Part shown: piece by piece, positions 7,612 to 14,315 of the stretch
Numbering within the stretch: position 1 is the first letter of the stretch
Layout: every line of letters starts with the position of its first letter
IMG/VR virus record: IMGVR_UViG_3300033074_002177
Source: a virus
Strand: one strand, 5' to 3'
Length of the DNA stretch: 14,469 nt
Notes under the pieces: generated by a model
The model's input: only the letters and a program-made list of their open reading frames with translations
What the model was told of the DNA's origin: nothing
Databases searched by the model: none
Made by a program: the position numbers and the translations under genes

Positions 7612-7615
7612 ACAA

Positions 7616-8371
7616 ATGAAGAAACGCAGGAAGATAATCATCGGTGACGTCCACGGTTGCGTCGACCAACTCGAACGGCTACTGAAGGACGTCAATAGGA
7701 CACCTGACGATCACGTGATCATGTTGGGAGACCTCGTCGACAGAGGACCCGACAGCGCCGCTTGCATCGACGTCGCGATCCGGATCCAACTCGAACAAGG
7801 TTCGCCGTCAGCCATCATCGGCAACCATGAAGAGAAACACCTCATGTACGAACACAATCGTCGCGAGCCGACGCACCCTGAGCACATACGTACACGTTCA
7901 CAGTTGAAACGTCATCACTACGATTTCATCCGTTCGATGCCGACGTACGTCTCTCTGCCTGAAAACAACGTCGTCTGTGTACATGCAGGCGTGTGGCCCA
8001 ACAGACCGATGCACGAGCAAAGGATGACGCATCTGCTCCACGCTCAGATGATCAATCCTAGCGGCGACACAGAAAAATCGTACTGGCCGAGCAAGGTTCC
8101 ACAGCATCAAACGGGCTGGGAATTTTGGACGAAGCACTGGAAGGGACCAGAAAGGGTCGTGTTCGGTCACACTGTCATGACAGAGCCGTTAATTACAGAC
8201 AAGGCGGTCGGTCTAGACCTCGGGGCCTGCTTCGGCGAACGATTGTGTGCACTCGTCATTGATCCTGATGACGTTGAACACATCGTCACAATCGATTGCA
8301 GCGAACTGAAGGGAGGTCACACCCGCGTCTCAAGACATCATATCGAAGGAAACGTTTACTGCTACGGGTGA
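7616..8371 (+). CDS. PPP-family metallophosphoesterase (lambda-phosphatase / ApaH-like Ser/Thr phosphatase or phosphodiesterase)
   Basis: Canonical motifs are present: GDVHG (IIIGDVHGC), GDLVDRG, GNHE, HAG and GH (VVFGHTV). GAGGT lies 9 nt upstream of the ATG at 7616. The track's 7586 start is in frame but lacks an RBS. Confidence 0.8.
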   Translation: MKKRRKIIIGDVHGCVDQLERLLKDVNRTPDDHVIMLGDLVDRGPDSAACIDVAIRIQLEQGSPSAIIGNHEEKHLMYEHNRREPTHPEHIRTRSQLKRHHYDFIRSMPTYVSLPENNVVCVHAGVWPNRPMHEQRMTHLLHAQMINPSGDTEKSYWPSKVPQHQTGWEFWTKHWKGPERVVFGHTVMTEPLITDKAVGLDLGACFGERLCALVIDPDDVEHIVTIDCSELKGGHTRVSRHHIEGNVYCYG

Positions 8372-8379
8372 GGTGTGAA

Positions 8380-8592
8380 ATGAAGGAACACATGAAAGTC
8401 GGATCATTCGTGAAGATGTCGTGGGGTCTCAAGGTCCGTCTCAGCCGCGAACCTGGCAACGACGAGCACATCCGTGACTTCGGATCACGGATCGGTCGCA
8501 TCGAAGAGATCAATCACGGATATGCAACCGTGATGTGGTTCCCAAGCAGAGAACAACACACGTACGAGGTCGACGACCTCATCGAGATCTGA
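8380..8592 (+). CDS. Hypothetical small protein, 70 aa
   Basis: GAGGTG box 4 nt upstream of the ATG at 8380, immediately after the phosphatase stop. C-terminus ...HTYEVDDLIEI. Confidence 0.45.
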   Translation: MKEHMKVGSFVKMSWGLKVRLSREPGNDEHIRDFGSRIGRIEEINHGYATVMWFPSREQHTYEVDDLIEI

Positions 8593-8835
8593 TCAACTAC
8601 GCCAGGCGATTCTGCCGCGGGTGAGGTCGTACGGCGATACGACGACCTTGACGTGATCACCGGGTAAGATCTTGATCTTGTTGATCCTGAGCTTGCCAGA
8701 CAACGTACACAACACATCGACTCCATTTCCGACGGTGACCTTGAAAAGGGTCCCTGGCAATGCCTCAGAGACGACGCCGTCGAGAGAAACCTGATCGTCA
8801 CGGCTGGAATCGTCGTTTCCACGCTTTTGTTTCAT
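8593..8835 (-). CDS. infA: Translation initiation factor IF-1 (S1-like OB fold)
   Basis: About 50% identity by eye to E. coli IF-1 over the whole domain. GVVSEALPGTLFKVTVGNGVDVLCTLSGKLRINKIKILPGDHVKVVVSPYDLTRGRIAWR aligns to [60 protein letters not shown]. Confidence 0.85.
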   Translation of the reverse strand: MKQKRGNDDSSRDDQVSLDGVVSEALPGTLFKVTVGNGVDVLCTLSGKLRINKIKILPGDHVKVVVSPYDLTRGRIAWRS

Positions 8836-8900
8836 GTAGACTACAATACACCATGACGATCAAATGTGCACCTTGACCGGGCACATGGTACAATCGTACA

Positions 8901-9377
8901 ATGAAACGAATTTTCATTGTCGCGTTGTTCACCGCATCGTGTGCATTTCACATCGATCCCGCCGCCACTGTGCACGTGCCTCAAGCGTGCACGCTCGATG
9001 GACAAACGTGGTCGTTGACTGTCCCAATCGATTGGGCGTGTCGAGACAACTACGCCGACTCTGCGACGGATCCTCCCTATGCAGCGGTCGTCGTCAATGA
9101 TTGGCCGCGTCTCCCACTAGAGCGCGGCGCGTTCTCAGCTGTCGTGCAATCAGTGACGTTGGCAGTTCACCACAACGTCACGAGCGTCCAACAGGTGTCT
9201 GTCGGTGACAGTGCCGGCTCGTTGGTCGAATACGATGACGGCAGTCTCGTGATGACACAACTGGCGTTCCAATGTGGAGACGTCGGCACCGTCGTCAAGT
9301 GCGCGTCAACGAACGCCAGAGGGCTTGAAGCCTGCCGTTCGATCGTTTCGAGCATTGACGTCGTCTGTCCGCAGTGA
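8901..9377 (+). CDS. Secreted/periplasmic cysteine-rich protein, 158 aa, with an N-terminal signal peptide
   Basis: N-terminus MKRIFIVALFTASCAFH is a hydrophobic signal sequence. The rest contains 8 Cys. No domain recognised. Confidence 0.5.
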   Translation: MKRIFIVALFTASCAFHIDPAATVHVPQACTLDGQTWSLTVPIDWACRDNYADSATDPPYAAVVVNDWPRLPLERGAFSAVVQSVTLAVHHNVTSVQQVSVGDSAGSLVEYDDGSLVMTQLAFQCGDVGTVVKCASTNARGLEACRSIVSSIDVVCPQ

Positions 9378-9551
9378 CCGTCGGCGTGTCTTCAGCCACA
9401 CGTTGAACGTGTACTTCGCCGTGATCAGCACGATCGCCAGGCTGAACGTGAAGTAGTCGTTCAATACATTGCCGACGATCGCCACGATGATCACCGACAG
9501 CAACAACGCGATTGCGTTCATCAACGTATTTTCGCCCTTCATTTTGTGCAT
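9306..9551 (-). CDS. Small membrane protein, ~81 aa, with two predicted TM helices and a basic C-terminus (holin-like topology).
   Basis: NAIALLLSVIIVAIVGNVL and FTFSLAIVLITA are hydrophobic stretches, followed by the basic stretch KTRRRSLR. Codon usage is strongly genome-typical (ACG/ATC/GTC/GAC). It overlaps the 3' end of 8901-9377 convergently by 72 nt. No RBS seen. Confidence 0.35.
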   Translation of the reverse strand: MHKMKGENTLMNAIALLLSVIIVAIVGNVLNDYFTFSLAIVLITAKYTFNVWLKTRRRSLRTDDVNARNDRTAGFKPSGVR

Positions 9552-9578
9552 TTTATCAACTAACTAAGGATAGTTTTC

Positions 9579-9950
9579 ATGAAAACGACTGTCAACAAAT
9601 TGAAACAATTCATCCGTGAATCAATGCGAGACGACCTCTTGAAGGCCTACGGGATCGATTCCGTCGATCACGCAGTGTCATCAGCGATCGTCAAGAACCT
9701 CATTGACAAATACGGTGAAGAAGACTTCGATCATGCAATGTTCGTCGATGACATGGAGGGATTCGACCTCAGGGACCACATCGCCTCAGGCGACGAAGAG
9801 GCCGCGATCATCACGATCGATGAGATCCTTCAATCGTTCCCGTTCGGTGGCTTCGACGAACACGGCAAACCGCTCCCAGGCTCATACGATCCATTTGCGA
9901 ACAACTTCAACGGACCGGAACCAAAGCGTAATCGTTTTGAGATGAATTGA
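9579..9950 (+). CDS. Hypothetical acidic protein, 123 aa
   Basis: AGGA box 8 nt upstream of the ATG. Stop lies 13 nt from the groEL stop (convergent). Confidence 0.5.
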   Translation: MKTTVNKLKQFIRESMRDDLLKAYGIDSVDHAVSSAIVKNLIDKYGEEDFDHAMFVDDMEGFDLRDHIASGDEEAAIITIDEILQSFPFGGFDEHGKPLPGSYDPFANNFNGPEPKRNRFEMN

Positions 9951-9963
9951 CGCTGCTCGATCG

Positions 9964-11571
9964 TCAAACGTCATAAACGACAGCATCAAGCTGAAGGAAG
10001 GTCAGTGCGACGGACACCGCGTGTCTTAGCGCTGACCTCGTGACATTTGCTGGATCGATGATCCCAGCGTCAACCATGTTGACGTACTCACCGGTCGCCG
10101 CGTTGAATCCAACGCCCGGCGAACAGATCCTCGTGATCTCTGCGATGACGACCTCAGGCACCATGTCAGCGTTCGCGACTATCCTCGAGATGGGAGCCTT
10201 CAAGGCCGAAAACAGCACGTCCATACCAGTTTTTACATCCCGTGTAATGGTGGTATCCAATGGCCTGTGCCGGTCAATTATTCTAGCGGCCTCTAGAAGG
10301 GCAAGACCACCGCCTGGTACGACCCCTCCAATGGCCGCGGCCTTGGTGGCATTCAAGGCATCCTCGACACGAGCCTTTCTCTCGACCATCTCGACCTCTG
10401 TCGCTCCTCCGACCTTGACGACAGCGACACCGCCCGTCAACCTTGCCAACCTCGACCTGATCCACGCTAGGTCCTCGGCGCTTAGCGTCGGATCAGCGAC
10501 GAGTTCTCTGACGTTGTTGACGTGCTCCTTCAACGCTTCTGATGCCTGCGACACGACCAACGTCGTCGACTTTGCGTCAACTATGAACTTTTTCACCGTT
10601 CCGAAGCACTGTGCCGGGCTCGTCAACGAGCCTCCAGTCGCAGAGGACAACAACTTCGCTCCTGTCAATGCACAGATGTCGGCCAACATGTCAGCCTTCC
10701 TTTGACCGTGCGCAGGTGCCTTGACCACGCACAACGAGATGTTCTTGCGAGCGACGTTTACGACGGCCGTGTTCATCGCCTCATTTTCAATGTCGTCTGC
10801 GATGATCAGCAACGGATGACCAAACTTTGCGGCCGCCTCCATGGCCGGAACGATGTCGCCCAACGTCGACAGTTTCTTGTCGGTCACCAAGACGACTGCG
10901 TCGACGTACGTAGAGACCATTCGCTCTGGATTCGTGACGAAGTACGGCGAGACGTACCCACGTTCGAACTGCATGCCCTCGACGAGGGTCATCGTCGTCA
11001 TCATCCCGACGGCATCTTCGACGGTGATGATGCCGTCAGAGCCGACCTTCTCCATTGCATCAGCAATGAGATCGCCGATCTTAGAGTCACCGTTTGCACT
11101 GACGGTGGCGACCTTGGCGAGGTCTGCACGTGACTTGACAGGGATCGCGTTGTCCTCGAGGTGTTTGTCTACGATGAACGCTGCACGTTCGATGCCCTCG
11201 CACAGTGCCCTTGGCGAGAATCCAGCATCACGTAAACGAAGGCCTTCCGCCACCAACGCGAGCGTCAAGACCGTCGAGGTCGTCGTGCCATCACCTGCGA
11301 CATTGTTCGTCGCAGACGCAGATTCTTTGACGAGCGCAGCACCCATACGTTTGACCGGATCGGCGAGGTCGATGGACCTACAGACTGTCACGCCGTCCTT
11401 CGTCACCAAGGGTGTGCCATCTTCACGTTGGATGATGACCGTCTTCCCCTTAGGTCCTAAGGTCGTCGCGACAGCTTTTGCTGCGATCTCGAGTCCCTCG
11501 AACAACCGTTTCGTTGCGGAGGGAGAGAATTCGACCTCAGTGGTTCGTTTCTTCGATCTTTCGTCAATCAT
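9964..11571 (-). CDS. groEL: Chaperonin GroEL/Hsp60 (group I, Cpn60), 535 aa. Divergent, with no C-terminal GGM tail.
   Basis: GroEL signatures throughout: TLGPKGKTVII, TKDGVTVCRSIDL, AGDGTTTSTVLTLAL, GMQFERGYVSPYFV, KAPAHGQRKADM, GGVAVVKVGGATEVEMVERKARVEDAL, GVVPGGG and GIIDPANVTRSAL. Confidence 0.9.
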   Translation of the reverse strand: MIDERSKKRTTEVEFSPSATKRLFEGLEIAAKAVATTLGPKGKTVIIQREDGTPLVTKDGVTVCRSIDLADPVKRMGAALVKESASATNNVAGDGTTTSTVLTLALVAEGLRLRDAGFSPRALCEGIERAAFIVDKHLEDNAIPVKSRADLAKVATVSANGDSKIGDLIADAMEKVGSDGIITVEDAVGMMTTMTLVEGMQFERGYVSPYFVTNPERMVSTYVDAVVLVTDKKLSTLGDIVPAMEAAAKFGHPLLIIADDIENEAMNTAVVNVARKNISLCVVKAPAHGQRKADMLADICALTGAKLLSSATGGSLTSPAQCFGTVKKFIVDAKSTTLVVSQASEALKEHVNNVRELVADPTLSAEDLAWIRSRLARLTGGVAVVKVGGATEVEMVERKARVEDALNATKAAAIGGVVPGGGLALLEAARIIDRHRPLDTTITRDVKTGMDVLFSALKAPISRIVANADMVPEVVIAEITRICSPGVGFNAATGEYVNMVDAGIIDPANVTRSALRHAVSVALTFLQLDAVVYDV

Positions 11572-11611
11572 GACGATCGATCTTACACCGAGCCTCAGAT
11601 GTTGTTTAATG

Positions 11612-11872
11612 TCATGCGTCGCGGGTGACTCTTATGTACGACAGTTTACCGCGCTTCCACGCAACTGCTATGTCACCGTCGACGAAATCATCTATCAGGT
11701 CGAGGATGATGTTTCGCTGTTGTTTGTCGGTGATGTTCATCACGTAACGTCGCATACGAAACTCGCTGAGGTCTAGGACGTTCCGTGTGTCCTGTGACCT
11801 CAGCGAGGAATGCAACGCATAGTCTGTCGAGCAGTCGAACGAACCGATTCCGGTGGGATTTTTCGTTGCCAT
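11612..11872 (-). CDS. Hypothetical protein, 86 aa, immediately upstream of groEL on the same strand. Not recognisably GroES.
   Basis: Clean ATG start. No GroES mobile-loop or roof motifs. Confidence 0.45.
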   Translation of the reverse strand: MATKNPTGIGSFDCSTDYALHSSLRSQDTRNVLDLSEFRMRRYVMNITDKQQRNIILDLIDDFVDGDIAVAWKRGKLSYIRVTRDA

Positions 11873-11880
11873 CGTGAGTT

Positions 11881-11908
11881 CGTTTTGTGGTCTAGACCCT
11901 TCAAAACG
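11881..11908 (-). promoter_or_regulatory. Hairpin/palindrome between the AAA ATPase gene and the small ORF. 7-bp stem cgttttg/caaaacg enclosing a perfect 10-bp palindrome GGTCTAGACC.
   Basis: Seen directly. It lies 8 nt upstream of the 11872 start codon on the − strand. No U-tract follows, so it is a candidate operator or RNA element rather than a terminator. Confidence 0.3.
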
Positions 11909-11955
11909 TAACTATCGTGGCATCTTGAACAATGTCGATGCAACCCACTTTCAGT

Positions 11956-13266
11956 TTATTCATCAACTTCGTCTTCATCAAGAACAAAATCTGCCTTAGA
12001 CTTCAAAAAGTTACTACCGTACTTCCTGCGTGTCATCTCTTCTTTCTGCCAGGCATCATTTGACTGATCTCCCGCCTTGAAGACATCCGACCACGATCGG
12101 TCTGTCGATCGACCCAGCGTCCTGGCCCTGTTCGCCAACTCTAACATGCTCTGTTCAGCGTCCTCTGAGGACATGAACTTACGTCTGGCGACGTACTCTT
12201 GGATGAACGCGATCGGCCACTCTTTCACGAACTCAAAACCGTCCTGGTACTCGCCAAGGACCTTCTTGACGACTCCTTCGTCCATACGGTCAACGTCGAT
12301 GAGTTCGTCGAACCTACCCGGTCTCAACAACGCGTCCTCGAGGCGGCTGACGTTATTTACTGAGACGATGACGAGCTTTACGTTCTTTTTGAAGAACTCG
12401 ACGACGTCGAGCGCCGCTGTCTGGTTGTGAATCCTGTCAAAGTCATCGATGATGAGAGCCTCCGGCTTGAACAACGAGATGATGTCGTACACGACAGTCG
12501 AGACATTTCCATCGAGATCGCCGACCTTGATTCGGAACGATCGAAGCCCAAGGATAGAGATGATCGTTTGTGCCATCGTCGACTTCCCCGTGCCCGGGGG
12601 TCCCTTCAACATCACACAACGGTGAACGTCTGCGTCAAGGCATCTCTTGATGTACGTTGCATAACGAGTCGCCTGTTCGCTCTCGAGCGCATCGTGCATG
12701 TTATCAACGTTGAACACGTGTCGTTTTGATGAACTGGTGTCCATCATCTGGAACGGCGCGACGTTCAGGACCAACGACTTTGATCCATACTTTTCCCACA
12801 AAATGTGTGAAACGATGTCACGAGCCTTTTCTACCTTGTCAGAGCTGACCAACATCGAGATCAACGCCATTGTGTTGACGTAGTACGTGAATCCGAACGT
12901 GACACCGTCGATCGTCACGAGGAAGATGGCGCTGGTACCCTCCGACGTCTTGATCGATCGACGATCGGGATGGTTCTTCATCAGCGAGAAGACCACCTCA
13001 CTGATCATTCGTGAACACGGTTCGATCCAGTCCTCAGAGTCAAAGTACTCGTGCGTCCAGACCTCAGCATCGTCCATGATGATCTTTCCTATCGCGAAAG
13101 CTGAGCGTGCTATCTGGATCGGTCCGGGTTTCTCGAATGCGGGTGCCAAAGAATCGAACACCTTCGTCCCAACGTTGACGACACGTTTGACCGTCGGTTG
13201 ATTCGCGACCTTGTTCAAACCGTCCATCGTCGTCCGGACAAGAGTAATCGCATCACCGATTTTCAT
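11956..13266 (-). CDS. AAA-family ATPase (classical AAA with second region of homology), 436 aa
   Basis: Walker A LKGPPGTGKST. Walker B ALIIDDFD. SRH/arginine fingers LLRPGRFDELIDV. A ~200-aa N-terminal domain of unknown type. Confidence 0.85.
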   Translation of the reverse strand: MKIGDAITLVRTTMDGLNKVANQPTVKRVVNVGTKVFDSLAPAFEKPGPIQIARSAFAIGKIIMDDAEVWTHEYFDSEDWIEPCSRMISEVVFSLMKNHPDRRSIKTSEGTSAIFLVTIDGVTFGFTYYVNTMALISMLVSSDKVEKARDIVSHILWEKYGSKSLVLNVAPFQMMDTSSSKRHVFNVDNMHDALESEQATRYATYIKRCLDADVHRCVMLKGPPGTGKSTMAQTIISILGLRSFRIKVGDLDGNVSTVVYDIISLFKPEALIIDDFDRIHNQTAALDVVEFFKKNVKLVIVSVNNVSRLEDALLRPGRFDELIDVDRMDEGVVKKVLGEYQDGFEFVKEWPIAFIQEYVARRKFMSSEDAEQSMLELANRARTLGRSTDRSWSDVFKAGDQSNDAWQKEEMTRRKYGSNFLKSKADFVLDEDEVDE

Positions 13267-14191
13267 TTTTGAACTTACCTTTCAAGTTGAACTTTCGAAG
13301 AGGATGATTGATGTACATCAGATCCTTGCCCAATTGCACGAGTCTGTCTCGATCAGATCGAATGAAATCCCGGTCAAAGAACTCAGGTAATTTTTCGTCC
13401 TTATAACGATGCGACGCTATGGCCCATGACAACGCAGCGACCGTCCTCGTTTCGCCACCAAACATGATCGCATCTGATAGAATTCCCATCAACGTTCTTT
13501 GGCGAGTCACAAGATGACTTACGGCACATGCGACGTTCATCTGCTTGTTCATCTTCCTGTGATCGATCGGTCTGTCGTTGACGGGCCCGTGCCAAGGATC
13601 AGCAAAAACTTTGTGTGCAGGGTGCCTTTTGACGATCCAATCGTGCATTGTCATGAATGAACATTGGTAGATCGAGAAGTGCATCATCAACGCTACTGAT
13701 ATCGCTGCGTTGATCGACGACCACGACTGCTCAGTCAACAATGACGATGTCACCGTCGCCTCGATGACCTTCGACGGATCTGACATGACACCAAACGCAG
13801 CGGCTCGCTTGATTGCCGTCATCGTCGACTTCAAGTTTGTTGCTTGAAACTTGAACTTATCGACGGTCGTGCCTCGTTCAAGTACACGAACGTATTCCTC
13901 TTCGTGTCCGTACCGTGCGTTCGACGCATGCTCTTTGATGATCGCTGCGATGCACCGGTCGTTCGTTATGTGAACGTTGTCTTCTTTGAGAAGTTCACAC
14001 ATCGATACCATCGACTCTGTGACGTCAGTGTACGACCTACTCGAATAGTTCCCATACCCGTTGAACGCCAACGCGGCTGCCATGTCGGTCTTGTGTTGTT
14101 GTTGATCGTATCTTTCACGAGTGTAATCAGCAGCGTACGCATCAGCCTGCGCCATCCGAAACAGAAATTGTTCGTTATACCGTTTGCTCAT
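13253..14191 (-). CDS. All-alpha protein, 312 aa, possibly of ADP-ribosylglycohydrolase (ARH/DraG) fold with substituted metal-binding residues. Tentative.
   Basis: The ORF is solid and its stop overlaps the AAA ATPase start by 14 nt. C-terminal FGGETRTVAALSWAIAS resembles the ARH motif GGDTDTxAAIAGAL, but the second Asp is Arg and the N-terminal GDAxG motif is not conserved. Call is from memory of the motif only. Confidence 0.4.
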   Translation of the reverse strand: MSKRYNEQFLFRMAQADAYAADYTRERYDQQQHKTDMAAALAFNGYGNYSSRSYTDVTESMVSMCELLKEDNVHITNDRCIAAIIKEHASNARYGHEEEYVRVLERGTTVDKFKFQATNLKSTMTAIKRAAAFGVMSDPSKVIEATVTSSLLTEQSWSSINAAISVALMMHFSIYQCSFMTMHDWIVKRHPAHKVFADPWHGPVNDRPIDHRKMNKQMNVACAVSHLVTRQRTLMGILSDAIMFGGETRTVAALSWAIASHRYKDEKLPEFFDRDFIRSDRDRLVQLGKDLMYINHPLRKFNLKGKFKNENR

Positions 14192-14315
14192 TACTAGTGT
14201 CCAATTTACACTTTGTATACGTGCACTTCATCTGCATGAACTTTTTGTTCACACACAACGAATAAACGAGGCCCGAGGTCAGGTTCAACTGTTATCATAT
14301 TTTGGAGGCTGCAGC

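Noticed and set aside
9274-9456. 60-aa + ORF downstream of the Cys-rich protein gene
   Set aside because: It is Arg/Ser-rich and overlaps the better-supported minus-strand membrane-protein ORF.
10040-11776. Long + strand ORFs (221, 143 and 311 aa) opposite groEL
   Set aside because: They are antisense to an unambiguous GroEL gene. Their composition (Ala/Ser/Thr/Pro/Arg-rich) fits mirror-frame artefacts.
11612-11872. Small ORF upstream of groEL as a GroES/cpn10 candidate
   Set aside because: No similarity to the GroES mobile loop or the GDxVxF roof-hairpin motifs. It is treated as hypothetical.
12077-13201. Plus-strand ORFs opposite the AAA ATPase gene, and the 13844-14197 + ORF opposite the ARH-like gene
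   Set aside because: They are antisense to well-supported genes, have no RBS and have atypical composition.
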